DNA of 64,000 nt. It comes from Adineta vaga. Lineage: Eukaryota > Animalia > Rotifera. Numbering within the stretch: position 1 is the stretch's first letter; the number at the start of each line of letters is the position of its first letter. The stretch is taken from the NCBI GenBank assembly GCA_021613535.1, contig CP075494.1, positions 3,472,001-3,536,000 on the forward strand, written 5' to 3'. Shown here piece by piece: positions 12,589 through 25,698 of this stretch. A program made the translations under genes and the position numbers. The notes below the pieces were generated by a model, which saw nothing but the letters and a program-made list of their open reading frames with translations, was not told where the DNA came from and ran no database searches.

Positions 12589-14270
12589 TTAGAAACGTAT
12601 GACTGTGTCAGCAACCGAAGCATTTTGGTCATTTTCAGCTGAATTGTTATTGTTAGGTGATGCATCTAGAGTTCCAACATTATCTACATCTTGATCATGA
12701 ATTAATTGTGGATTACACGTGAATGCACCTTTTGGAATAAATGTTGAGATGAACACCAAGACTGAAATGATAGTCAGTTGAATAGCAGCTGTATTGACAA
12801 GTGCTGGTCGGACACTTCCCGTGGAATTGTAAATATTGTCGATATATTTTCCGAGAAGTGGATTGGCAATTGCATAGATGATGATGTAAGATGAATAGAG
12901 AAAAGCCATGACAGCGCCAAGCGGTGAAACTTCCTTATCTTTGGATTCAAGACGTGCCAATGACGTCTCTGAATATAAGCGGCAAGAGACACATCGCCAG
13001 CCGCCCAACCAAAAGAGATAGGAATGAATGTTGCAGCGATAATCCAAGCATATTTCACTTCATCTTCAGGTGGATAGTAGTATGGAATATACCAAATAAT
13101 TAGTAACATGATTGCATCTAAACGCAACCATGGCATTGGTGTTTTGACATAATTAGCAAAAACAAAGACTGAAAACGCTCCGAGCAGTTCACCAAAATTG
13201 GAGCCACCGACAATAATTTGTGACCATTCTGAATTACCAAGATACCGTCTCGCGACTTGTGGAGCAATTCCATTTTCTAGATACCGATGGCCATACAGAG
13301 CAATTGCATATCCACTCCACAGCCAAATAAACTGTCGTCGAGTGAAAATGAGTTTTGCTCCAATGTAGATTGAACGAGCAAAAAGAGACACTTTTTTGAG
13401 AATAGTCTTAATGTAATTTGATTCTTCAGCTTCGCCATTCGCTGAACTCGACTTGTTGAACTGTAAAGTACCAAGAAATATCCACGTAATACCACTCATA
13501 GTAAACAGAATAGGAGTAATTATAAAAGCATAATTGTTGCCAAGACGAGGTATTAAACCTAAGGCAGTCGCAAAAGCTCCCGCAGTTCCTGAAACTTCGT
13601 AGAATATATGTACTAGAGCATCCATCCTTTGCAGCTTTGCAGGATTACCACCCACAATATCTCTCGGAATGACTCTTCTTATCAATTCAACCATTCCATA
13701 AGCTATTCCAGTAACACAATAAATAGGTATAATCCAGTCTGTGTTATAATGACCATAATAACTGAAATCATTCTTATTTGCTGGTGTAAAACTGGCTGGC
13801 TTAATGTAACCACCGGTAGCTGCATCAACAATCAAGAGAATAGCAGTAAATACTGCAAAGACAAGAATAGAAGCAGAGAGTACAGTTCGTGTGGGCCATC
13901 GTTTAATCAATGGAGCAATGAGAACAGAGCCAACACACTGGAATGCCTGGTTGAGACCGGCTAAAAGTCCAATTTTTTCGAATGTTCGTGCAGGTGTTCC
14001 TGTTTTATAAGCATCTTGATCATAACGATTCGTTGCTAGTGTAACAATCGCTCCATTGAATGCTTCCAAACCAAATTTGTATAGCATGATACCAAATATA
14101 TATATTGCAATATTTCGTCTTTCTGTAGCGGTGTACAATGTCCATATTTTCTTGACTCGAGTTTTGATACTATGTGTTATCTTTTCACTAGAATTAAAAT
14201 TACGAGAAATTCGGTAATTTGAATATACGCTTAATTATTTCCTACAGTTTAACTCACAGAGATCCTCCAT
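12589..14270 (-). CDS. MFS transporter (fungal-like), copy A, +2 frameshift at about 12967
   Basis: About 12 TM helices. ORFs 12774-14138 and 12589-13047 join if the duplicated CT is removed, as in copy B. A probable short first exon starts at ATG 14270 (splice uncertain). Confidence 0.85.
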
Positions 14271-15329
14271 GGTTTCTTCAATATCTTTTTTTTCTTCAAA
14301 CGTGAATGTACCAGAATATATTTATACCATTGACTATCATTTAAAATATTTCATCACTCGAAATTAATTCCAGAAGATGTACAAAATCTAACATCTTAGG
14401 AAAATCTCGATAAAATGTCACTGGACTTCCATCCTATACGAAGCTTCGATGTTATTGGGAAGTAGAATTCCTCTTTTACACATCCAATTCAACATTTCGC
14501 TAGTCTTCAGTGATTAGCTACTCTGTGGATAAAAAGTCCATGCTTTTACCTGCTTTCCATCGATTTAGTCATGATTATCACCTGCAAGAGTCGATGTAAA
14601 ATAATCACGTATTATGACTGAAAGAATGATTTATTAATAGCAAGCACAGTATTTATAATTTGTGTAATGAATAATGTAAGATGACTCAAGGTGTGATATA
14701 GAGGAAAAGAAAGTTTTTATTGCTATGAAAAATTTCATTTCGTGAATAATGCATGGTATATGACATCATTTTATTGCTTACATTAATGAAGCGAAAAAAT
14801 GTAATGTTGCACGCATAGCGCGCGTGATCTATTCGTGTTCAGGGTGCGTTTATTGAGTAGGACGATTGAAATCGACTAGTAACTTTCTTGGTTGAGTCAA
14901 CATAAAATGAATTGCGTTGAAGAGAAAAAAAGAACAAGCATAGCACGAAGTCGGAAGGTGATTCGATTAGGAACATTACCCTTTTTGGGTATAAAAATGA
15001 CTTAATAGTGTATTTTATAATATCTCGTTCTGTCAACATTTTCTGTAATGTAACTTTAACCTTTCTCCAAGTAACATTTACTAATTACAAATATCATTTC
15101 ATTATTTTACATAGATTTCATGTCCTAACCTCAAAGGACTGGTTAAAAAATGTTAGATATTTGATATTACTATGAGCTGTTGAATTCAAAAGAAATGCAT
15201 CCAAATATTTTATTAATAAGTTTGATTGGGATAAAGACATTCGAAAGATTAACCGATTGCAACTGATACATATAAAAAATATACATGTGACATTGTCTTC
15301 CTATGTGTTGTAATCATGAATATCGTTTC

Positions 15330-15551
15330 AATCAGCAATATACAACTCTGCGAAGGCAGGTCTACACTTGCCCGAACAATTTTGACAAGTAGTGCCGTAA
15401 CTACAGTCATACCGACGATAATTATTTGATCAACTAAATGTGAAGAAATCATTTCTATCTTCATAAATGTTGATGTTTGTTTACCTGCAAATGCAAAAAT
15501 ATTTGATATCATAACAATCAAACATACAGCAATAATAATATAGGAACTCAT
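15330..15551 (-). CDS. Putative small secreted Cys-rich peptide (2 exons; needs a 1-nt correction)
   Basis: Signal peptide MSSYIIIAVCLIVMISNIFAFA and a GT-AG intron at about 15433-15484. A shifted frame then gives NNYRR-YDCSYGTTCQNCSGKCRPAFAELYIAD*. Confidence 0.45.
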
Positions 15552-15898
15552 TGTTTTCTCTTTTTACATGAATTGACAATGACGTATCTGTATGCAAATG
15601 TGTAGCAAATAGACAAAGAAAAAAAACGAATGATATATCGGAATTATTGAATCCAGTTGTTATTCTATCTATTAAACGAATACTCTTTGTATAGTTCATC
15701 TTAATAACAAAAAAGATTCTTATATAAGAAATGTATATGATTATGAATTTTATCGTAATAATAAAGGAAACAATTGAGTAAATTTTGTTGTTTTTGAATA
15801 GCCTCAATTTCACACCCTCAAGAAATATCAGCGCTGGCAGTCAATGAATTTATTCGAGGAAGTGGTTTGTCCAAGTCTTCAACGAATTGTGACTTTAT

Positions 15899-18780
15899 TC
15901 AGATTTTTACACCATCCTTTATACGTTGGCGTTTTAGAACGTTTCTATTTGTCTTCATCTTTCGGTTCCAACGCCAATTTGCATTTTTGTTCATCGGCAC
16001 CGTTGACATTTTTGATGAATGTGATAATTGGGAATTCCACTGAAAAGAAATAATAAAAAATTTCTATACAAAAGAAAAAAACTTACATCTGTCGCTATAT
16101 GTGTCTGATTCGACTGAAGTTCAATGTCAACAAGATTGTCATGAGATGTTCGAATGCGTCGACGAATCGGATGGAACCAGAGTTTGTAAAGAAGAAAAAT
16201 CATCCCAAATACTTCTATTAGTGAAAAACTAAACAGTACTGTATGAAAGAAAAGTGCCCCTCGACGAATAATTGGTGATTGATTGTTTTGAACGAAGTAT
16301 AGTTCTTCATTAAATTGAATATTAAGAGTCGTTTGTTGAGAAGAATATCGCAAGTATTCACCATTTTCTGCAAAATACGATTCATCGGACAGAATATCAG
16401 TATATATTATGAATGGAGCCCATATACCATCGTAATATGTTTTATCATTGCGTTTCAATGGTTTTGTTACATTGATAACTTTGATGAGACGTACAACGAA
16501 ACTAGTTGAGAGTCCAATAGTTTGATTCTTCGTATAGAAAAGAGTACAAACATCAAGTTCATGTAATTGATGTAATGTAAAATCTTCAGTTTCAGCATCC
16601 GATTGTCCATTTAAACAAAGACGAAGTGCTCCAATAAAGTATGGTCCACTAATACCAACTCGAACTGTGGGCTTATGAGTAGGTAAATCAAAGCTAAATG
16701 AACCACTAGTATTGTTCGGCGACAGTGTGCACTTTGTTTCGACTTCTGAAAAAGGAGTACCCGTACGTATATTACGTTCAACAGTGATATCATGGCATTG
16801 TGCTCGTGTATTTATCAAATGTATAGTCATAGTGAACGGTTGTTTATTGAGCATTTCGAATATTTTCCAATAAGTGCCATCAGTTCCAGGTAAGGGTAAT
16901 TGAAGTGCATTATCGAATTTTGTATTTCGTTGACCATCATCGCATGCTCTGTTGATCGCTTCTGTCGTTTCGATGGGATATGAATAGAAGTAAAAGGATG
17001 CATATATAATACAATAGATGATGATAGTAAAGATGATTACTGATACGAGACCACCAATCCATCGTTCACCTTCTCCAATAAGATCAGTATGTTTGAAAAC
17101 ATTCTTTGCTCGTTGACGATAGATATTAACTGGACCTGATTCTCGCCGTTTCATAAAGAACATAACAGACCACATAATTAAACATAGTATTGTTGCTATT
17201 AGCGTCCAGAAAAGAGGCGTGTATATCAAACAACCAACTTTCATATTTGTAGGGAAAAAATTTAATAACAATAAATCATCGTAATTATCGATAGTCGGTG
17301 CATCGGGATAACTAAATGTTTGAATATACGACTTAAAAACAGTTATATTGACATCATCACTAGCACCCAATGGACAAAACGCAGTCGAAGTACAAGATTG
17401 ACATCTGATTGACGGATAGTTTCCTGGATTTTTTGTATGCGGTGGACAGATCGTGCATGGACCAGGACCTGATGTATTTTTATAAGATCCACTTACACAG
17501 GGTCTTGGCTGGAAGACATACAGATTCAATGAGTTGATTGATACGAGTTTCATAGAACAAAAGCCGGCATCAGCAGATGGAATATATACAATATCAGCAT
17601 TTCTAAGCTGGATTAGTAAACTATTTGAATGTGTTCGAATACGACGAAAAGAATGTTTGCGCCAAGATTTTAAGCGTTGAATACCATCAAACGTCTGTTG
17701 ATTATTCGGAATGATAAAACTAGGTATAATTGAACCACGAGTTCGATTGAGAAATATATTTTTATAGACTTGTATTTCTGATTGCGATGAATTGTGATGT
17801 GTAGATTTAAGTACGAGTATAGCGAGTGTTTCATCATCATTTAGCCAGATAACTGAACGACCAAAGCCAGTCCAAATTTCAGGTTCATTAATCTCATGAA
17901 ATTTCGAAACAAATCGACACGTTTCATTACCAGCCATATATGCAATCGTCACTTTATTCAGCTGAATATCACCAATAGCTAATGTCGTTCCCGAAGGATT
18001 AATTGAAAGTGACATAGCATAATCTTGAGTATAGATAGTTCTTTCAGATCCTTGAATATCATTCACACCAATAGAACTGACGTTAATGACACGTAATGGT
18101 TGAAGTCCAAATATATAAAGACATTGTTTACTTCGAGAATTATTTTGAGTTGAATGAAATCCAGCAACAGCAGCCCAATCATTTTTTAGATCCATTGCAT
18201 AAGGAGTGAATGTTCCATAATTGTTACCGAAAACAACAAAATTCGTTTGATTAATTTCATTGATTTGATCGATAACTAAATCATAAGAAAGTATAAATGA
18301 ATCAGCAAAGACATAGACGAATTTTTCTTGTGGATCAACTTTGAGAAACATATGTTCTTGATGACCTTCGTTCCAAACTGTCGTATGATGAAACAGGGGC
18401 TGCGGTTTCGGATCATTACTACATGTTGTCAAGTTCATAGTGATTCGAGTAAGTACTGTCGATTTACATGTTTTATTTTCGGCAAGTTGAATAAACGAAA
18501 TAATATTATTTTGCTTCATTGTCAAAATTGAAAGATCATAGATATTGAGATCACTATGTGGATTGTTAATGAGACATGAAGAGTTTCGGTTAACATTGAA
18601 TATTGAATAAAAAATATAAGTTTTTCGAAGATTTGAAACTCCAACAATAAAATTATCGTTGAGTGCTATCTTAAAATCATGATTATCTTCTTTCAACTCA
18701 TATTTCATCGCCAATATCTCCCATTTAAATATCAATAATACCAGATATACAATTCCAATCTTTACCATTATATATGTCAT
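15899..18780 (-). CDS. Large membrane protein: signal peptide, beta-rich ectodomain, GCC2/GCC3 (ephrin-receptor-like) Cys motif, 3 TM
   Basis: 930-codon ORF containing PCVSGSYKNTSGPGPCTICPPHT..CQSC..FCPLG. Intron 16040-16086 leads to a last exon ending with TGA at 15899. Confidence 0.85.
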
Positions 18781-19445
18781 CACAAAATGTTTAATCTAAA
18801 ATCTTAAGTAAATGTATATTTTTAACGATCTTTATTAGTCCACTGTTGAATCAAGATATTTGATACTCTTGATGATTATATATAACAATCGATAGAACAA
18901 ATAAAGCTTTCGCATAAAAATTCTTATTACTTTCATTATCGTTTTTTCACATGTGTTTTTATTTTATTATATTGAAGCTGTAACAGTTAAGATACACAAA
19001 GAAAAACACATAGAAAACATCGCTACTGAATTCTTTCTCGTAAATGACAAGAATATATTAGGTTAATCTCTTGTTTTTGCGTTGGTTATACATCGATAAA
19101 CAATGATATGTCCGTCTTTTCCAACAGTTATGAGAAAAATCAGGAAAGAGAACAGATGACAGCTAACGAAGATAAGATTTGTTTCTGAAGAGAGTCTCTA
19201 TCTGGATGAAAGAAAACAGAAAATAGATAATTAGTTGTTTCTTTCCTCTAGCAAGATTAATTATGCGATAAGTAGGGTTATGTAAATAGAATTTATTTTC
19301 AAATTTAAGCGATAATCATATAACAAAATATAGAATATAAAAAACTTTCGAATATTTTCATGAAATAGAGTAGTCGATGGGTATCCCGTCTTTATACACA
19401 CTTTACTTGAGTTGTTGTATTTAATGAAAAACCGATGAGTTTTTC

Positions 19446-20010
19446 AAATGAGTTCATTTAATAGTATCGAAAATTGTTGCTTATAAGATCTAGATGGTAG
19501 AATAGAAATTATACTGGTTAATGTATATAAGGTAAATATGATATAAAATAAGAACATGACTTTTTTGATGGTCTTATACGTCGCATAAAAAAGTAATATT
19601 TAATCTTGGAATTGTAAGTAGAACTAGTATAATTGGACTAATTAATAAAATGATGATTATTGCTGTTGAATATATGAGATTTACAATGAATGGTCCAATC
19701 AAATTGATCAAATGAATTATCGAATCATATGTTTAAAACATGCATGTAACCATAATCACAAATAATAGGTAAAGATTTTAACAGAAATTCCATCATAACA
19801 CAACTACAATAAGAATTCGATTGATTCATTTGTTCAATAAGTATGAATAATAACGAAAAATGAGATCAAAGATAAACTTAATAAATAATTGACTAAGAGC
19901 ACTAATAGAACATAATCCATCTATAATATCACATAAGAAAAGAAATACCTAGACCAATAGAAATACTTTGTGATTGATTAATAAATGATCTATTTGATTT
20001 AATATATGGA
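19446..20010 (-). pseudogene. Degraded GPCR remnant (same family as the 7TM of 40675-45810)
   Basis: The minus strand gives YDSIIHLINLIGPFIVNL..LLISPIILVLLTIPRL..ILPSRSYKQQF, compared with LYITPIIIIFSNLPQL..ILPSTFYTKEF in the intact gene. It carries stops and internal deletions. Confidence 0.75.
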
Positions 20011-20810
20011 CCAAGAATCGTATTCAAAGAAAACACATAACCTTTCGTACTAAATTGAGGGCAGATTCACTTGATTTGTACATCGGGATGTACTCTATTC
20101 TCAGTGGCAAATAGAATAAAATCAGTTTGATTAAATCTATTACAGAGATAGATTTGTATGTCATCATAGAAACATTGGACATGAGTGAGATGTTGATGAC
20201 ACGAACATTTATAGAATTTCACAAATCGAAGATAAAATAAAAATGAAAGATCTTTGTCAAAAAGATCATTAATATCAATTTGTAATGTCTACTATTATTA
20301 AACAATATAACGAAATGAAAGAGAAGATCAGGTGGAATAACAATCGTAGATGAAAATCTCACTTTTAAATCTGGGTGTGGGTGGGTGGGTGTGGGTGAAT
20401 ATAAGAGACACACCGACACTCACTCTCAGTTTTTCTATAGGCTTATCTGTGGTTATTAGCCTTTGTAATGTTCGGGCTGATGGTGTCGCCGTTAATATTT
20501 ACTCAGTCAAGAAGAATCACCAACACTAGAATGGTTTTGCATGACATCTATATAGTTTTTATTCTCGATTATTGAACATCGGGTATATTACGCTCCAATA
20601 AATATTTTTTCTGTTCTGTTATATGATTTTTTATCTGTGATCGTAATTACACAATGACGAGTATCTATTCATACAAACCATTCTACGTGTCACTGGAAAA
20701 AAAAAGTAGTGCAATATATAGTTTATGCACATAATTACTAAAAAACAAACTACAATCTTCAGTTAAAAACGCTTATTTTTCTATTCAATCGTGACTGTCA
20801 TTGACGTACA

Positions 20811-21666
20811 ATGAGTGAATCCGAAATGGCAAATGTTACTTCATCTGAATCGATCGAAAGATCTCTCAAACCGATCACTTCAAATGCTTTAGTGAAGACC
20901 TTTCAAGAGGATGTAGCGGATGAACATATACAAAAAATAATTCGTCAAGAAATGCAAGTCAAAGATTTACCAATTTCGAAAGAACTCGAAGAAATGCGAA
21001 TTGAATCCCGAAATGCACATTTATCAACAAAATTCCAAACAGATCGAGAACATGAACAAAGTACATTTATTGTCAACAGTGTTGATGCCTGGATCGATAC
21101 AGCAGTAGATTCTTTACATATAGCTGCACATGCTAGTGCCATGGGTATAAAAATACAAATTTCTTATTGCAAAGAAAAATTCATAAGATCATTTTGTTTT
21201 CTTTCTAGTATCATTGTTAGGCGACGTTTTAGATAAACATGGTGTTGAATCAATTCCACCGTTAGCCTTGACTCATGGTCGAGGTCTTCATGATAGAACC
21301 GTGGCAATTTATTCTCGATCAATCCAACAAGCATTTGCTGCAACACGTATTTTACTTCATGAAATCGATAAAAATGATAATACTAGAAATAATCCTGCAG
21401 TAAATAAAGCGAAAGAAAATTATGAGAGAAATTGTTTGAGATATAAGGATGATGAGATCGATATTAAAGAAGTGGTAGCATTTCACAGTCAACTCGTACA
21501 GAAAATAGAAGAAGCAGAACCAGATGAAACAACTAAAGTACGAAAAGAAGCTAAGAAATCTTCAAAACTGTGGAAAATAGTTCTTGTAGTTGGTGCTATC
21601 GTAGCAGCAGCAGCCATTGTTGTAGGTGGTGCAGTGGTTATTGGTATTGCGTTATCCAAAAAATAA
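20811..21666 (+). CDS. Helical tail-anchored membrane protein (263 aa, 2 exons)
   Basis: Exons 20811-21144 and 21209-21666 join in phase 1. The C-terminus is IVLVVGAIVAAAAIVVGGAVVIGIAL-SKK. Confidence 0.85.
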
Positions 21667-22096
21667 TAATATTTAATGTTTTATTATTAAATGTCGTACA
21701 CGTGGTGTTGATTTCAGTATATTTTAAAATAAACAAGGAACAATATTTTCATCTTTCGATGAGGCATAAAAGTGTCTACTATACTAATAGTTCTTCATCT
21801 TTTTTCTGTCGAAATCTTGAGGAAGTGGATACGAGTGAGGATGAAGTTATCTCCAGGTAAACTTCATTTGATCATTCACATGCTTATTCCGATCTTTATT
21901 GATATTTTATTTTTTCTTATTAAAAAGCTATGAATTATTGTTATTGTTATCGTTCGTGTCTTTATGATGGATGTGAGACTGAGAAAGTCAAAAGATAATA
22001 ATAATACAGATTGTTGAGAAATTAGTAGGACGATAATGAAAAAATATCAAAGGGTTATACCATAGTGTCTCTTTTCGATGCAAGAGATAAAAAGTG

Positions 22097-23777
22097 TTAG
22101 AAACGTATGACTGTGTCAGCAACCGAAGCATTTTGGTCATTTTCAGCTGAATTGTTATTGTTAGGTGACGCATCTAGAGTTCTAGCATTATCTACATCTT
22201 GATCATAAATTAATTGTGGATTACACGTGAATGCACCTTTTGGAATAAATGTTGAGATGAACACCAAGACTGAAATGATAGTCAGTTGAATAGCAGCTGT
22301 ATTGACAAGTGCTGGTCGGACACTTCCCGTGGAATTGTAAATATTGTCGATATATTTTCCGAGAAGTGGATTGGCAATTGCATAGATGATGATGTAAGAT
22401 GAATAGAGAAAAGCCATGACAGCGCCAAGCGGTGAAACTTCCTTATCTTTGGATTCAAGACGTGCCAATGACGTCTGAATATAAGCGGCAAGAGACACAT
22501 CGCCAGCCGCCCAACCAAAAGAGATAGGAATGAATGTTGCAGCGATAATCCAAGCATATTTCACTTCATCTTCAGGTGGATAGTAGTATGGAATATACCA
22601 AATAATTAGTAACATGATTGCATCTAAACGCAACCATGGCATTGGTGTTTTGACATAATTAGCAAAAACAAAGACTGAAAACGCTCCGAGCAGTTCACCA
22701 AAATTGGAGCCACCGACAATAATTTGTGACCATTCTGAATTACCAAGATACCGTCTCGCGACTTGTGGAGCAATTCCATTTTCTAGATACCGATGGCCAT
22801 ACAGAGCAATTGCATATCCACTCCACAGCCAAATAAACTGTCGTCGAGTGAAAATGAGTTTTGCTCCAATGTAGATTGAACGAGCAAAAAGAGACACTTT
22901 TTTGAGAATAGTCTTAATGTAATTTGATTCTTCAGCTTCGCCATTCGCTGAACTCGACTTGTTGAACTGTAAAGTACCAAGAAATATCCACGTAATACCA
23001 CTCATAGTAAACAGAATAGGAGTAATTATAAAAGCATAATTGTTGCCAAGACGAGGTATTAAACCTAAGGCAGTCGCAAAAGCTCCCGCAGTTCCTGAAA
23101 CTTCGTAGAATATATGTACTAGAGCATCCATCCTTTGCAGCTTTGCAGGATTACCACCCACAATATCTCTCGGAATGACTCTTCTTATCAATTCAACCAT
23201 TCCATAAGCTATTCCAGTAACACAATAAATAGGTATAATCCAGTCTGTGTTATAATGACCATAATAACTGAAATCATTCTTATTTGCTGGTGTAAAACTG
23301 GCTGGCTTAATGTAACCACCGGTAGCTGCATCAACAATCAAGAGAATAGCAGTAAATACTGCAAAGACAAGAATAGAAGCAGAGAGTACAGTTCGTGTGG
23401 GCCATCGTTTAATCAATGGAGCAATGAGAACAGAGCCAACACACTGGAATGCCTGGTTGAGACCGGCTAAAAGTCCAATTTTTCTCGAATGTTTGCGAAT
23501 GTGTTCCTGTTTTATAAGCATTTTGATCATAACGATTCGCTGCTAATGTAACAATCGCTCCACTGAATGCTTCCAAACCAAATTTGTATAGCATGATACC
23601 AAATATATATATTGCAATATTTCGTCTTTCTGTAGCGGTGTACAATGTCCATATTTTCTTGACTCGAGTTTTGATACTATGTGTTATCTTTTCACTAGAA
23701 TTAAAATTACGAGAAATTCGGTAATTTGAATATACGCTTAATTATTTCCTACAGTTTAACTCACAGAGATCCTCCAT
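22097..23777 (-). CDS. MFS transporter (fungal-like), copy B, +1 frameshift at about 23483
   Basis: ORFs 23409-23645 and 22097-23530 join if one T is removed from aatttttctcg. Otherwise near-identical to copy A. Confidence 0.85.
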
Positions 23778-25176
23778 GGTTTCTTCAATATCTTTTTTTT
23801 CTTCAAACGTGAATGTACCAGAATATATTTATACCATTGACTATCATTTAAAATATTTCATCACTCGAAATTAATTCCAGAAAATTTAATAAATTTAACA
23901 TTTTAGGCATCAAAACTGTATTTACATCTATCTGCAAGTTTCCGGTACTAAATATTACTATGAATATAACTGATATTCGACATTTCACTAGTCTTCAATC
24001 ATTTTTCTACTATGTAAATAAAGAGTCCACACTTGTACCTGGTTTCTATCGATTCACTTATGATTATTGGTTCCAAGTGTGGATCAGACATAATTATGTA
24101 CTAGGATGGAATGGCTGATTTATCAATAATAATCGTAGCAACTAGAACTCTTGTGATCAAATACGTAAGGTCGATCAGTGACTAGAAGAGAGAAAAATAG
24201 ATTTTATCGCTATGTGAAATGTTATTTGATGAATATTGTATCGGTATATGACGATGTTTGTTTACCTGTGTTAATGAAGAAAAATGTAATGCTACATACA
24301 CTGTATATATATATTGACTTTCTATATTTATATCACCTTCTTGTTGTACCATCATATAAAAAACCCCTATGCAGAAGAGAGGAAGGAATGAAAGAATGGA
24401 AAAAAGACAGACATAGCACAAAAAAGATACATGTTTCAATTAAGAATATGACGCTTTTTGAAATCAAACTGCGACACACTGTACATAATATATTGTCATT
24501 CTTTAAATAAACTTTCTACAGTGCAAATGTAACCTGTTTTGCACAAAGATGTAACACAGAAATCATTTAGAATGTGGGTTTAAGAATACTCGCATCCACC
24601 CCACATCTACACTCAATCGCAAACCTACTAATGTAGTGCGAGTAAAAGTGATTATATTATTGTTCTCACTATATATATATATGAGTCGAAATATAAGACA
24701 TCATATTCTGTGTAACAGAAGAGAAAAAGAAAAATACGTACCGCATTTGTATCAGTCAGTCAATATGACTTTGTTGATTATTTGCACAAAGTATTGTTAT
24801 ATAAAGCATTCGGAGTGTGCTCTCACATTATTCAACTTTCAATCGAATTCAGGTGAGCCAGATAAAAAAATCAAGTATGACATTCGTTTTCATCAACAGC
24901 GTTAAGATATTGACTAATAATTACCGTTATTTTTGTTCACTTTTTTTAATAAATCATGATTTCATAATTAATTTTCATCCTCCATTGTATCTAGATGAGA
25001 GTGACTGTAGGTGAGGTTATATCTGGAGGTACCATCATCTCTTCATACCCACACCCATACACAACTTCCGCTATGAAAAAAGACACCATGTACAATCAAT
25101 ATTCACAAATCGTTTTATCAAATTTTGATTGTCTCGTATATTTTTTTTCTAGAAGGCAAATTCAAAGTTCACTCAA

Positions 25177-25698
25177 ATGAATAATTTGACTAAAGACAAA
25201 AATGACAACGAAGATCTAGCAATTGAAACATTTGATTCAATTCGCACAAAGAGAAGTCTTTGGTTCAATGCAAAGCCTCAAAATTTAACAGCTGATCAGG
25301 TGAAATCTCTTGTAGAGGAACAAATATCAAATCCAACTATTAGTATTCTTAGTTTACGAAATACTAATTTAAATACAGCAAGTGCCTATCAATTAGCTGA
25401 ACTACTAAAAGTGAACACTAAAATCAAATGGCTTCATTTGTCTTATAACGAAATTACTGATGTTGGTGTGCAAGCCATCTGTAGAGTGATGAAAACTAAG
25501 AATCGAACTCTTACATTTCTAGATCTCGCTAAAAATCGAATCACAGACAAAAGTGTTGATCAAATTATTGAAATGATCCTTAGAAATCGACAGCTGATAG
25601 CGTTGATATTGAAAGATAATTACTTATCAATAGAAGGTCAACAACGAATAGTTGATGTAGCGACATCACGAAAACCTCGTTTGAGAATTTATCTGTAA
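25177..25698 (+). CDS. Ribonuclease-inhibitor-type leucine-rich repeat protein
   Basis: Four 28-29 aa LRRs (LSLRNTNL, LHLSYNEITDVG, LDLAKNRITD, LILKDNYLS). Confidence 0.85.
   Translation: MNNLTKDKNDNEDLAIETFDSIRTKRSLWFNAKPQNLTADQVKSLVEEQISNPTISILSLRNTNLNTASAYQLAELLKVNTKIKWLHLSYNEITDVGVQAICRVMKTKNRTLTFLDLAKNRITDKSVDQIIEMILRNRQLIALILKDNYLSIEGQQRIVDVATSRKPRLRIYL

Larger units (their letters stand above)
12010..15062. repeat. Tandem segmental duplication, copy A (partner 20487-24537)
   Basis: Flanks 12010-12384 and 14376-15062 align with visible divergence to copy B. The core 12385-14375 is almost identical to 21893-23882. Confidence 0.9.
20487..24537. repeat. Tandem segmental duplication, copy B
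   Basis: Aligns to 12010-15062 and retains the complete tail-anchored gene lost from copy A. Confidence 0.9.

Noticed and set aside
13629-13964. Antisense 111-aa ORF duplicated at 23135-23470
   Set aside because: Its conservation simply reflects DNA identity of the MFS copies.
20372-20397. True telomere or chromosome end
   Set aside because: Only about 4 degenerate units, internal, and paired with a C-rich arm.
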